This document shows positions 14,202-28,226 of a DNA stretch of 64,000 nt, in pieces. Below the pieces are notes generated by a model, which made no database searches, was not told the origin of the DNA, and was given only the letters and a program-made list of their open reading frames with translations. The DNA lies in contig CAVSVQ010000008.1 of the NCBI GenBank assembly GCA_963731485.1, positions 88,818 to 152,817 on the forward strand, written 5' to 3'. This DNA is from an uncultured Actinomycetota bacterium (GTDB lineage: Bacteria; Actinomycetota; Actinomycetes; Propionibacteriales; Nocardioidaceae). The position numbers and the translations under genes were made by a program. The first letter of the stretch is position 1, and each line of letters begins with the position of its first letter.

Positions 14202-14205
<4 letters not shown>
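13482..14205 (+). CDS. Conserved actinobacterial hypothetical protein upstream of serB
   Basis: MPLPRSAELALW then (frameshift) LALPIAGDLLGLRGP...LARLDVASW; stop overlaps the serB start (ATGA). Confidence 0.65.
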
Positions 14206-15460
<1,255 letters not shown>

Positions 15461-15478
15461 TCACCTGGATCTCCGGGC

Positions 15479-15525
15479 CAGGCCCCGCGTCGGTCAGGCC
15501 CGCGTCAGTCAGGCCCCGCGTCAGT
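15479..15525. repeat. 3 tandem copies of a 15-16 bp unit CAGGCC(C)CGCGTCRGT
   Basis: Read directly; the third copy contains the sixA-like stop codon. Confidence 0.8.
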
Positions 15526-16037
15526 CGCGACCGACGTGGAACGCGGCGATCCGGGCGCCCGCGATCTCCAGGTCGGCCCAGCTGCGGGCGAGCTCCAGCA
15601 CCGCGACGGCCGAGGTCGGGAAGCCGACACTGATCTCGGCGAAGGCCGCGGGGTCGGCGCTGCCGTCGTCGAGCAGGTGCACGAGGTGCGCCATGGTCGG
15701 GTTGTGGCCGAGGATCATCACGGTGCGGGCCGTCGCGGGCGCGCTCCGGAGCACCTCGATCGCGGAGTCCGGACCGGCCGAGTAGAGCGCGGCGTCGAGG
15801 TCCGGCCGGACGTCCAGACCTGCCGCGCCCGCGAAGGACTGCCCAGGTCTCGTGGGCGCGGACCGCGGTCGAGACGAACGCGTGGTCGGGCAGGACACCG
15901 GCCGACCGCGCCCATCGTCCGGCCGCGGCTGCGTCGCGGTGGCCACGATCGGTGAGCCGGCGCTGGCGGTCGGTGGGCGCGACCGTCTCGGCGCTCGCGT
16001 GGCGCATGACCACGAGACGGCGGACGTCATCGCTCAC
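15521..16037 (-). CDS. SixA-like histidine phosphatase family protein
   Basis: LVVMRHA, RRLTDRG, STAVRA, GHNP, FPTSA. Confidence 0.85.
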
Positions 16038-16070
16038 GGCGCCCAGTGTCCCAGTCGGTGTGGGTGACTG

Positions 16071-17478
16071 TCATGGCGACGCGACCGGTGCGACCACGCT
16101 GCGCGTGCGCAGTCCGAACCAGGAGATGATGCCGCCCGCGGCCAGCAGCCCGGCGCACACCAGCAGGCCGGAACGGAATCCGGCGGTGAGCGCGGCCGGG
16201 TCACGGTAGTCGTCGCCGGACAGGCCCACGAGCGCCGGGATCGCGGCAACCGCCAGGAGCGACCCGGCCCGCGCGACGGCGTTGTTGATGCCGCTGGCGA
16301 CGCCCGCGTGCCCGTCGGGAGCAGCCGCGAGGACGGCCGCCGTGAGCGGCGAGACCAGCATCACCAGACCCAAGGCGAAGACCAGCATGCCGGGGAAGAC
16401 GTGGACGAGGTAGGACGCGTCGGCGCGCACCGACGACAGCAGCACCACGCCCGCCGAGCAGACCAGCGGGCCGATCGACATCGGCAGGCGGGGTCCGGTG
16501 CGGGACGCGATCACGGCCGTGCGGGAGGAGAACAGCAGCATCACGACGGTGACCGGGATCGTGGCCAGGCCGGCACCGAGCGGGCGTGTACCCCGCCGCG
16601 ACCTGCAGCTGGAGCACGAGCAGGAAGAACACGGCGCCGAGGGCGCCGTACACGAGGAAGGTCATCAGGTTCGCCGCCGAGAACACTCTCGAGGCGAACA
16701 GCGACACCGGCGCCATCGCCCGGGGCCGGCGCTCGAGCAGGACGAACCCGGCGATCAGAGCGGCCGCTGCCACCGCGCAGGCCACGACGACCGGGGCCGC
16801 CCAGTCGCGCCAGAAGGTGAGCGCGCAGGTGAGCGTGGCGAGGGCTCCGACGCCGGCGGCCGCACCCCAGTAGTCGAACCGCTCCGAACGGGTGGTCTGG
16901 TCGCACGAGTCCGGCACGTGCCGGCCCAACCAGAGCACGACCAGGCACAGCGGGACGTTGATCGCGAAGATCCACCGCCAGCCGCCGTGAGCGAGCAGGA
17001 ACCCGCCGACGAGGGGGCCGATCGCCGTCGCGACTCCGGAGACTCCAGCCCAGGTGCCGATGGCTGCGGAGCGGTCCTCGCGCCGGAAGCCGGACTCGAT
17101 GATCGCCAGCGAACCCGGCGTGAGCAGCGCGGCGGCCACACCTTGCAGCACGCGGAACACCACCAGCTGGATCGGTGACTGGGCGAAGGCGCACAGGGCG
17201 CTCGTCACGCCGAACCCCGCGACACCGATCAGGTACATCCGTCGTCGTCCGAGCCGGTCGCCGAGCGCGCCGCCCACGAGGATCAGGGACGCCAGGGTCA
17301 GCAGGTAGCCGTTCAGGACCCACTGCAGCTCGGCGAGGCCCGCACCGAGGTCGGTGCCGATCGTCCGCAGGGCGATGTTGACGACACTGCCGTCGAGGAT
17401 TGCGATGCCCGAGCCGAGCGTCACCGTGGTCAGCGTGAGCCGACCCTGCCGGGAGCGCAACGCGATCAGGTCAGCCAC
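16071..17478 (-). CDS. MFS drug:H+ antiporter (DHA2-like)
   Basis: LDGSVVNIAL, GALGDRLGRRR motif A, WRWIFAIN, ASGINNAVAR. Confidence 0.9.
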
Positions 17479-17530
17479 CGCTGAAAGGTACCCAGCAGAT
17501 CCGAGCGGCGACCAGCGGAAATGCGTCCGG

Positions 17531-18316
17531 TCAGGCACCCATCGCGTGGTAGCCGCCGTCGACGTGCACGATCTCACCCGTGGTCGCCGGGAAGAAGTCC
17601 GAGAGGAGCGCGACGACCGCCCGCGCGGTCGGGGTCTGGTCGTTCTCGTCCCAGCCCAGCGGCGACCGCTCCGACCAGCTCGACTCGATCTGCTCGAAGC
17701 CCTCGATCGCCTTGGCCGCGAGCGTCTTGAGCGGGCCCGCGCTGACCAGGTTGACCCGGATGCCCTGCGGGCCGAGGTCGCGGGCGAGGTAGCGCGAGCA
17801 CGACTCGAGCGCGGCCTTCGCCACGCCCATCCAGTCGTACGCGGGCCACGCGACCGTGGCGTCGAACGTGAGCCCGACGACCGATCCCCCGGCCGGCATC
17901 AGGGGCAGGCACGCCTTGCTCAGCGAGGCCAGCGAGTACGCCGACACCTGGACCGCCTGGGCGACATCGGCCCACGGCCCGGTCATGAACTTGCCGCCGA
18001 GCAACGTCTCGGGGTTTCCGTACGCGATCGAGTGCACCACGCCGTCCAGGCCGTCGACGTGCTCGCGCACGGCGTCGGGCAGCGCGGCCAGGTGCTCCTC
18101 GTCGGTGACGTCGAGCTCGAGGACGGGCGGCTGCTGGGGCAGCCGCGCCGCGATCCGGCGAGTGATGCCGAGGGCACGGCCGAAGTTCGAGATCAGCACC
18201 GTCGCGCCCTGCTCCTGGGCGACCTTCGCGACCGCGAAGCCGATCGAGCTGTCCATGGTCACGCCGGTGACCAGGATGCGCTTGCCCGCCAGAATTCCAG
18301 CCTCAGCGATTCCCAT
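17531..18316 (-). CDS. fabI: Enoyl-ACP reductase FabI/InhA
   Basis: Intact ORF; SSIGFAVA, YDWMGVAKAALE, VNLVSAGP. Confidence 0.95.
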   Translation of the reverse strand: MGIAEAGILAGKRILVTGVTMDSSIGFAVAKVAQEQGATVLISNFGRALGITRRIAARLPQQPPVLELDVTDEEHLAALPDAVREHVDGLDGVVHSIAYGNPETLLGGKFMTGPWADVAQAVQVSAYSLASLSKACLPLMPAGGSVVGLTFDATVAWPAYDWMGVAKAALESCSRYLARDLGPQGIRVNLVSAGPLKTLAAKAIEGFEQIESSWSERSPLGWDENDQTPTARAVVALLSDFFPATTGEIVHVDGGYHAMGA

Positions 18317-18317
18317 C

Positions 18318-19022
18318 TCAGTGCCCCATTCCGAGTCCGCCGTCGACCGGGATCACGGCTCCGGTCACGTAGCCTGCCTGCTCCGACGCGAGCCAGGTCA
18401 CCGCGTTCGCGATCTCGCCCGTCGTACCCATCCGTCCCAGCGGGATCTGCTCGCGGTACGCCGCCTGCTGCTCCTCGGGGAGCACCGCGGTCATGTCGGT
18501 CTCGATGAAGCCGGGCGCGACGACGTTCGCGGTGATCGACCGGCTGCCGAGCTCGCGCGCGATCGAGCGCGCCATCCCGACCAGCCCGGACTTCGAGGCC
18601 GCGTAGTTCACCTGACCGGGTGAGCCGAGCAGCCCGACCACGCTCGAGACGAAGATGATCCGACCGCGACGCAGCCGCAGCATCCCCTTGGCCGCGCGCT
18701 TGGCGACGCGGTAGGAGCCGGAGAGGTTCGTGTCGATGACCTGCGACCAGTCGTCGTCGGTCATCCGGAGCAGCAGTGTGTCGCGGGTGATGCCGGCATT
18801 CGCGACCAGCACCTCGACCGGGCCCTGGTGGGCCTCCACCGCGGCGAAGGCCGCGTCGACGGACCCGGTGTCGGTGATCTCGCAGGGCACCGCGAACGCC
18901 CCGGCGGGCGCGTCTCCGGACCTGCTGGTGACCGCCACCTGGTCGCCCTGGGCGACGAACGCCTCGGCGATCGCGCGACCGATCCCGCGGTTGCCGCCCG
19001 TGACGAGGACTGATCTGCTCAC
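18318..19022 (-). CDS. fabG: 3-oxoacyl-ACP reductase
   Basis: TGGNRGIG, NAGITRD, YAASK; adjacent to fabI. Confidence 0.95.
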   Translation of the reverse strand: MSRSVLVTGGNRGIGRAIAEAFVAQGDQVAVTSRSGDAPAGAFAVPCEITDTGSVDAAFAAVEAHQGPVEVLVANAGITRDTLLLRMTDDDWSQVIDTNLSGSYRVAKRAAKGMLRLRRGRIIFVSSVVGLLGSPGQVNYAASKSGLVGMARSIARELGSRSITANVVAPGFIETDMTAVLPEEQQAAYREQIPLGRMGTTGEIANAVTWLASEQAGYVTGAVIPVDGGLGMGH

Positions 19023-19088
19023 CCGCGAGACGCTATTGATTACTTCCCGGTACGCCGAATCCGCGGGTCGGGCACGCTGATCGGCCGC

Positions 19089-19301
19089 TCAGTCGTCCTC
19101 GAGGCGGAAGCCGACCTTGATCCCGACCTGGAAGTGCTCGACCGCGCCGTCCTTGACCTGGCCGCGGACCTGGGTCACCTCGAACCAGTCGACGTGGCGC
19201 AGCGTCCTCGCGGCGCGCTCGATGCCGTTGCGAATGGCGTGGTCGATGCCCTCCGGGGAGGTTCCGACGATCTCGGTGACTCGATAGGTGCGGTTCGACA
19301 T
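19089..19301 (-). CDS. Dodecin (flavin-binding)
   Basis: TYRVTEIVGTS...WFEV...RG...FQVGIKVGFRL. Confidence 0.92.
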   Translation of the reverse strand: MSNRTYRVTEIVGTSPEGIDHAIRNGIERAARTLRHVDWFEVTQVRGQVKDGAVEHFQVGIKVGFRLEDD

Positions 19302-19354
19302 GGAGCAAGGATGCCACGCGGGATCTCTGATCCGGTCCGACGTAGGCTTGCCAG

Positions 19355-19672
19355 GTGGTCGCGCTGCGGAAGGGACACCAGACGGACGTCGTCCGGATCA
19401 CGACGGCGCCCGAGAGTCCTGAGCGCGAGATCGCCCACCGCCAGAAGCGCTACATGGTCTCGATGGCGATCCGGACGCTCTGCTTCGTCGCCGCGATCGT
19501 CGTCGGCGACGGCTGGGTGCGCTGGGTGCTCGTGGCCGGGGCGTTCGTGCTGCCGTACGTCGCCGTGGTGATGGCCAACAGCGCAGCTCCGCGAGTCGAG
19601 GGCACAGCCCCGCCGGCGCCCGGGCACGCACACCCCGAGCTGGGCCCCGGGCAGCTCGGGCCGCAGGCGTGA
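19355..19672 (+). CDS. DUF3099-family membrane protein
   Basis: RITTA...RQKRYMVSMAIRTLCF...LPYVAVVMAN. Confidence 0.85.
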   Translation: MVALRKGHQTDVVRITTAPESPEREIAHRQKRYMVSMAIRTLCFVAAIVVGDGWVRWVLVAGAFVLPYVAVVMANSAAPRVEGTAPPAPGHAHPELGPGQLGPQA

Positions 19673-19713
19673 GCGAGCAGTTCCTCCAGCCGCGGGTCAA
19701 ACACAGATGAACA

Positions 19714-19722
19714 TGGGACAAT
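19714..19722 (+). promoter_or_regulatory. Extended -10 promoter (TGn-GACAAT)
   Basis: TGGGACAAT ends 7 nt before the first base of hairpin 1 at 19730. Confidence 0.55.
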
Positions 19723-19729
19723 CAGGAAG

Positions 19730-19800
19730 GGATCGGCACGCCGTCCCCCGGGCAGCCGGTCCAGGTGCCGGGCGATTCACCCCCAAGGTCGTCCGGCACC
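19730..19800 (+). ncRNA. Candidate 6C-like small RNA or structured leader (two hairpins with C5 loops)
   Basis: GGATCGGC/GCCGGTCC plus GCC/GGC stem, loop GTCCCCCG; GGTGCCGGGCGA/TCGTCCGGCACC stem, loop TTCACCCCCAAGG. Confidence 0.55.
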
Positions 19801-19852
19801 GCCCCTGCTCGCCCCTCCCCGGTCCTGCCGGGTCGACCCTCCAGGGAGTCTC

Positions 19853-20041
19853 GTGACCGACGTCTGCTCGGCGAAGGGCTGCACCGCGCCCGCCACCTGG
19901 GAGCTGCTCTGGAACAACCCCCGGCTGCACCCGCCCGAGCGTCGCAAGACCTGGCTCGCCTGTGACGAGCACAAGACCTCCCTCGGTGACTTCCTCGGTG
20001 CACGCTCCTTCCTCCGCGAGGTCGTCCCGCACGAGGCCTGA
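19853..20041 (+). CDS. Small conserved actinobacterial Cys/His protein (probable Zn binding)
   Basis: CSAKGC...WNNPRLH...[10 protein letters not shown]; GGGAG RBS upstream. Confidence 0.8.
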   Translation: MTDVCSAKGCTAPATWELLWNNPRLHPPERRKTWLACDEHKTSLGDFLGARSFLREVVPHEA

Positions 20042-20064
20042 CGTCGGTCACCTGACGTCGGTCA
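20037..20064. repeat. 2 tandem copies of CCTGACGTCGGTCA
   Basis: Exact 14-bp duplication including the stop codon of the small Cys gene. Confidence 0.75.
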
Positions 20065-20128
20065 CCGTGAACTGGCCCGAGGAAGCCAGCGGGCAGGGAA
20101 GCGCGCGCACGCTTCTCGAGGTCGCAGG

Positions 20129-21134
20129 TCACCCGCCGATCGCGGACATCGGCCGCGTCGGCTGGAGGAAGGACGGGTCGTCGATGCCGTGGCCGGGCAG
20201 CTTCGCTGCCATCGCGGCGACCCAGCGGCGAGCGATCTCGGCGTCCGATGCGCCGGCGCGCAGCGGCGTGCGCAGGTCCGACTCCTCCCGCGCGAAGAGG
20301 CAGTTGCGGATCTGCCCGTCGGCGGTGAGCCGGACCCGGTTGCAGTCGCCGCAGAACGGTCGCGTCACCGAGGCGATCACTCCGACCGTGAACGGACCGC
20401 CGTCGACGAGGAACTCCTCGGCCGGCTGGCTCCCCCGCGGCTTGCGCGCCTCGGTCAGCGTGAACTCCCGGTCCAGCGACTCCAGGATCTCGTCGGCGGT
20501 GACCATCGTGCTGCGCATCCAGCCGTGCTGAGGGTCCAGCGGCATCTGCTCGATGAAGCGGAGGTGGTACCCGTGCTCGAGGCACCAGCGCAGCAGCTCG
20601 GGAGCCTGGTCGTCGTTGATCCCGCGCAGCAGCACGGCGTTCACCTTGACCGGTTCGAGACCGGCAGCCCGCGCTGCCTCCAGGCCGGCGATCACGTCGT
20701 CGAACCGGTCCCGCAGGGTGATCCGGGCGAAGTCGTCGCGACGCACGGTGTCGAGGCTGACGTTCACGCGGTCGAGACCTGCGTCGCGGAGCGCGGCGGC
20801 CACCCGCCCGAGGCCCAGTGCGTTGGTGGTCAGCGAGACCTCCGGGGCCGGACGGAGCGCTTGGTGCGGCGTACGATGTCGACCAGACCCTTGCGCAGCA
20901 GCGGTTCGCCGCCGGTGAACCGCACGGCCGGTGATGCCGAGCTGCTCGACCCCGATCCGGATCAGCCGGACCACCTCGTCGTCGGTCAGGACCTGCTCGT
21001 TCGGGCAGCCAGTCCAGACCCTCGGCCGGCATGCAGTAGCTGCAGCGCAGGTTGCACCGGTCGATCAGCGACACCCGCAGGTCGGTGGCGACGCGACCGT
21101 GCCGGTCGGCGAGGGCAGCATCGTCACCCTGCAC
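20129..21134 (-). CDS. moaA: GTP 3',8-cyclase MoaA (radical SAM)
   Basis: [39 protein letters not shown]-terminal MSAIGG. Confidence 0.95.
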
Positions 21135-21213
21135 AGTCAGTCAGGCTCACCGCTGCGCGCCCCAGCGCTGACCGTCGTCGCGACGGCGGCGCCAGCCGCG
21201 ATACCCTCGCGGC

Positions 21214-22000
21214 GTGAGGTTCCTGCTCAGCCGGCGCTGGCTGCTGTTCGCCGCTGGCGGTCGCGCGCTCGCGTGGGGGGCGAGCCTGCTCGGCCAGTGG
21301 CAGTTCCACCGGCTCGACGAGCGCCGGGCCGAGAACCGGCTGGTCGCCCGCAACCTCGACGCCCGCCGGTGCCGATCGACGACCTGCTCGCCGGTCGGCC
21401 GCCCGGCCGCCGAGGAGCACGAGTGGCGCGAGGTCGTCGTCCACGGGACCTGGGACGACGCCCACACCATCGTGGTGAAGTACCAGACCCGCGACGGCGC
21501 GCCCGGCGTCGACGTGGTCACACCGCTGCGCACCGACAGCGGTGCCGCCGTGCTCGTCGACCGCGGCTGGCTGGCGACCGCGAACGTCGGCGGACGCGCG
21601 GCCCGACCTCCCGCCGGCGACCCGCGGACGAGGTCACGGTCGATCGGCTGGGTCCGGCGTCGACGGCACCGGTGGCGCGACCAGCGTCACCGACCTGGCG
21701 ACCCGGGCCGTCTCGAGCGCCGCGGTGCGCGCGAGGTCGCTCCCCTACCCGCTCTACGGCGGGTTCCTCGACCTGCACACCAGACGCCCGCCGCCGGCGA
21801 CGCGCTCGGGCGGCATCGAGCTGCCCGACGACACCAGCGAGGGTCCGCACTTCTTCTACGGCCTCCAGTGGTGGTTCTTCGGCGCGCTGGCCGTCTTCGG
21901 CTTCGGCTACCTGGCCTACGACGAGTGGCGCCGGGCCAGCGAGGAGTCGTCAGAGGGCGCGCAGCATGCCGCCGTCGACGGGGAGCATCGACCCCGGTGA
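21214..22000 (+). CDS. SURF1-family cytochrome oxidase biogenesis protein
   Basis: LGQWQFHRL, VVTPL, VLVDRGW, GPHFFYGLQWWFF. Confidence 0.85.
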
Positions 22001-22728
22001 CGAATGACGACAGCGGGCTGAGCAGGAACACCGCGGCCGCGGCGAACTCCTCCGGGTCGCCGTAGCGCCGCAGCGGGATCGCTGCGATCGCCGGCCGCCC
22101 GGGCCGCCTCGGCGTCCCCGGTCGCGGCGTCGAGCTCCGCCACCCGCTCGGTGGCGATCCGGCCCGGCAGCAGCCCGTTGACCCGGATCGCCGCGCGGCC
22201 CGAGCTCGTCGGCGAGCGTCTTCGCGGCCATCGCCAGGCCCGGCCGCAGACCGTTGGAGACGGCCAGGTTGGCGAGCGGCGCCCGGACCGAGCTGGACAG
22301 GACGAAGGCGATCGACCCCGGTCCCGCGATCGCCGCCGGCGACCGCGCGCGCGATCCGGAGCGCGCCGAGGAAGACCGACTCGAAGACGCGCGCCAGACC
22401 TCGTCGGGGGTCTCCATGACCGTCCCGGTCGGCGGCCCGCCGACGGAGATCAGGGCGCCGTCGAGCCGACCCCAGCGTCCTGCGCCGCGGCGACGACGAC
22501 GGCCTCGGCCGACCCCGGGTCGGCGTTGTCGGCCACGACGCCCAGCGCGCGCGGTCGCCGAGCTCGGTCGACGGCCCGGTCGAGGCGGCCTCCCGGTCGC
22601 GGCCGGAGATCACCACCCGGGCGCCCTCGGCGACCAGCAGCCCGCGCGGCGCGCGGACCCGAGGCCGCGGCTCGCCGCCGGTGACGACGAAGACCTTGCC
22701 GTCGAGCCTCGAGCGTCGGTCGGTCCAT
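21950..22728 (-). CDS. Short-chain dehydrogenase/reductase
   Basis: VTGG.S.GLG, SNGLRPGL, KTLADELGP, IPLRRYGDPEEFA, VDGG. Confidence 0.85.
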
Positions 22729-22766
22729 GCGGGCCACGACCTCAGTCGCGTCGCGCTCAGCGCGGC

Positions 22767-24703
22767 TCAGACCTCCGGGCCCGCGGTCGGCTCCCGGCGT
22801 CGGAGAACTGGGTGGCGTACAGGTCGGCGTAGGTGCCGCCCTCGGCGAGCAGCTCGTCGTGGGTGCCGCGCTGGACGATCCGGCCGTCCTCGACGACGAG
22901 GATCTGGTCGGCGTTGCGCACCGTCGAGAGCCGGTGGGCGATCACCAGCGACGTCCGTCCCTCCAGCGCGGCGTCGAGGGCACGCTGCACGGCGTACTCG
23001 GACTCGGAGTCCAGGTGCGCGGTGGCCTCGTCGAGCACCACGATCGGCGGCGCCTTGAGCAGCAGCCGGGCGATCGCGAGCCGCTGTCGCTCGCCGCCGG
23101 AGAGCCGGTAGCCGCGGTCGCCGACGACGGTGTCGAGCCCGTCGGGCATGCCGCGCACGAGGGTGCGCGATCTGGGCCGCCTCCAGGGCCGCCCAGATCT
23201 CGTCGTCGGTGGCCTCGGGCCGGGCGTAGCGGAGGTTCTCCCGGATGGTGTCGTGGAACATGTGCGCGTCCTGGGTGACGTAGCCGACCGCGTCCTCGAG
23301 CGACTGCAGGCGTGACGTCGCGGACGTCCCAGAGCTGGCTGGTCGTCGCCGACTCGCACGGCTCCGCCGGTCGCGTCGTAGAGCCGGGCGACGAGGTGGG
23401 TGATCGTGGTCTTGCCGGCGCCGGAGGGCCCGACCAGGGCGACCATCTGCCCGGGCTCGGCGACGAAGGTGATGTCGTGGAGCACCTCGCCGTGGTCGCG
23501 GCTCTCGACGCCGGGCGACCGTCTCGAGGCTGGCCAGCGAGACCTCCTCGGCCCGCGGGTAGGTGAACGCGACCTGGTCGAACTCGAGCCGCGCGGCCCG
23601 CGGCGTCGAGGTCGACGGCGTCCGGCTTCTCCTGGATCGTCGAGGGCAGGTCGAGCACCTCGAAGACCCGGTCGAAGCTGACCAGCGCGGTCATCACGTC
23701 GACGCGCACGTTCGACAGGCCCTGCAGCGGACCGAGCAGGCGCAGCAGCAGCGTGGCCAGCGCGGTGAGGGTGCCGATCGTCAGGGTGGAGCTCGATCAC
23801 CAGGTGGCCGCCGATGCCCCAGACCAGCGCGGTCGCCAGCGCGGGGATGAGCATCATCGTCGCGGCGAAGATCCGGGTGACCAGCGAGATCCGGATGCCC
23901 AGGTCGCGCACCACGCCGGCCTTCTCGGCGTACCGGGCGTCCTCGTCGCTCGCGGCGGCCGAACAGCTTCAGCAGCAGCGCGCCGCCGACGTTGAACCGC
24001 TCGGTCATCAGGTTGCCGAGGTCGGCGTTGCCGTTCATCTGGGCCCGGGTCAGGCCGCTGATCTGGCGGCCCACCCAGCGCGAGGCCAGCAGCAGCAGCG
24101 GGAACAGCGCGAGGCAGGCCAGGGTGATCTGCCAGGACAGCGCGAACATCGCGACGCCCACGACGACCACCGAGATGCAGGTTCGACACCGTGCTGGACA
24201 GCGTCGAGGTGAACGCGCGCTGGGCGCCGATCACGTCGTTGTTGAGCCGCGAGACCAGCGCGCCGGTCTGGGTGCGGGTGAAGAACGCCAGCGACATCCG
24301 CTGGACGTGCCCGAAGACCTGGGTGCGCAGGTCGAAGATGAGGTTCTCGCCGATCCGGGACGAGAGGTAGCCGCTGCCCACGCCCAGGGCGGCGTCGAAC
24401 GAGCGCCACGCCCGACCATCGCGAGCGCCACCATGGTGACCACGACCGCCGTCGCCCTTCATGATGCCGTTGTCGAGCAGCGTCTTGACCAGCAGCGGGT
24501 TGACCACGACCAGCGCGGCGTCGACGACCACGAGCACGAGGAACGCGGCCATCAGGCGCGCTGTGCGGCCGGGCGAAGCCGAAGATGCGGCGCACGGTGC
24601 GCCGGGTGAGCTTCTGGTCGACGACCGAGCGGTCCGTGCGCAGCGAGCGCATCGCCGCGCCCATGGGGTGCATCCCGCTCATCGGCCACTCCCCTCTCGT
24701 CAT
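22767..24703 (-). CDS. ABC exporter, fused TMD-NBD
   Basis: FFTRTQTGALVSRLNND, GPSGAGKTT, LSGGERQR, VLDEATAHLD. Confidence 0.9.
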
Positions 24704-24713
24704 GTCGACTCGG

Positions 24714-25513
24714 TCAGCTCAACCGGCCAGCTCCCGGAACCGGCGTACCTGGGCCTGCCGCTCCCGCAGCCGCTGCTCGTCGAGGTCGCGTCCGCCGGCG
24801 CGCCTGCAGCAGGGCCTTGGTCTCGCGGACCGCCCCCGCCGCGTTCGCGAGCGACGGCCCCGGCCAGGTCTGCCGTGGTGGCGTCCAGCTCCGCGGCCGG
24901 CACGACCGCCGTCGCCAGGCCGAGCTCGCGGGCCTCGTCGGCCGGGACGTACCGGGCGGTGGCGCAGATCTCCAGCGCCCGTGAGTAGCCAACAAGCTCG
25001 ACCAGCGGTTTTGTTCCCGTCAGGTCGGGGACCAAGCCCGAGGGCCGGCTCCTTCATGCAGAAGCGCGCGTCGTCGGCGACCACCCTCAGGTCGCAGGCG
25101 AGCGCCAGCTGGAAGCCGGCACCGATGGCGTGGCCCGTGCACCTGGGCGATGGTGACGAACCGCGGGTCGCGCAGCCAGGTGAACCCGCGCTGGTAGCCG
25201 TCGATCGTGTCCAGGATCTCCTCGTCGGTGCGTGCATGAGCGTCGGCGACCGACTCCTCGCCCCGCACGCCCTCCGGGGATGAGCAGGCCGATGTCGAGG
25301 CCGGCCGAGAACGACGCACCGGCGCCCTTGAGGACCACCACCCGCACCTCGTCGGGCAGGCTGCGCACCGATGTCGGCCAGCGCGTGCCACATCCGCGGC
25401 GTCTGGGAGTTGCGCCGCTCGGGGCGGTTGAGCGTGATCGGTCGCGACCGCGCCGTCGATCTCGAGCGCGAGCCGGCGGCGCTCGAGGGTCGCGGCGTCG
25501 GGAAGTCCGTCAT
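24714..25513 (-). CDS. Enoyl-CoA hydratase/isomerase family protein
   Basis: ITLNRPERRN, FSAGLD, GHAIGAGFQLALACDLR, MKEPALGL.PD. Confidence 0.88.
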
Positions 25514-25593
25514 GCACCGAGGTTAGTCCCGCGCCCGTCCGACGCGGATGCGCCAGGTTCGACCGTCCGCGGCTGGACCCGACAGCCCGGCCA

Positions 25594-27199
<1,606 letters not shown>

Positions 27200-27259
27200 G
27201 GAAGGGATTAGTGTACGAGGCGCTGGGCACCGCTGTGCACCGAGGGGAAGGCGAGCCAG

Positions 27260-28187
27260 ATGCGCTTCAATCCGAAGGCGCGGATCGACCAGAGCCAGGT
27301 GGAGAACCGCGGCAGCGGCGGCGGGCTCGGCGGCGGCCTCGGCGGCAGTGGCATGCGCCTGCCGATCCCCAGCGGAGGCGGCGGCAAGCGTCGGCCTCGG
27401 CACGATCGTGGTGATCGTGCTGTACGTCGTGTTCCAGGCGGTCGCCGGCAACACCATCGTCCCCGGCACGGGCGGCGGCGACGGCGGCACGACGGCCACC
27501 AGCAATTGCAGCACCGGCGCGGACGCCAACAAGTCCGATGGACTGCGCGATCGACCTGATCACGAACTCGGTGCAGAACTACTGGGCCCAGGCCTACGAG
27601 CAGCAGCACGGCGAGCCCTACCAGGACATCAGGACCGTGAAGTTCTCCGGCCGGACCGACTCCGCCTGTGGCGCGGCGAGCGCGGCGATGGGCCCGTTCT
27701 ACTGCCCCAACGACCAGCGGGTCTACATCGACACGGCTTCATGGACGACATGCTCGAGGGCCAGCTCGGCGCCAAGGGCGGCCCGTTCGCGCTCGGCCTA
27801 CGTGATCGCCCACGAGTACGGCCACCACGTCGAGAACCTGCTCGGCCTCCTCGGCAGGATCCGCACCCAGCAGGGCCGAAGAGCGACTCGGTGAAGGTCG
27901 AGCTGATGGCGGACTGCCTGGGCGGCATGTGGGCCAAGGACGCCCAGCAGACCACCGACGCGCAGGGCCAGCCGATCATCGAGGATCTCACCCAGGACGA
28001 CATCGCCCGGGCCATCGACGCCGCGCAGGCCGTCGGGGACGACCGGATCCAGAAGCGGTCCAGCGGCCGGGTCAATCCTGAGGCGTGGACCCACGGGTCA
28101 TCGGAGCAGCGGGTGCACTGGTTCAATGTGGGTCTGAAGGAGGGCTCGCTCGAGGCGTGCGACACCTTCGCGCCCGGGGCGCTCTGA
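27260..28187 (+). CDS. YpfJ-like neutral zinc metallopeptidase
   Basis: [43 protein letters not shown]. Confidence 0.92.
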
Positions 28188-28226
28188 CGAGCATCACGAG
28201 CCGACCCCATGACGACCGAGGAGACC

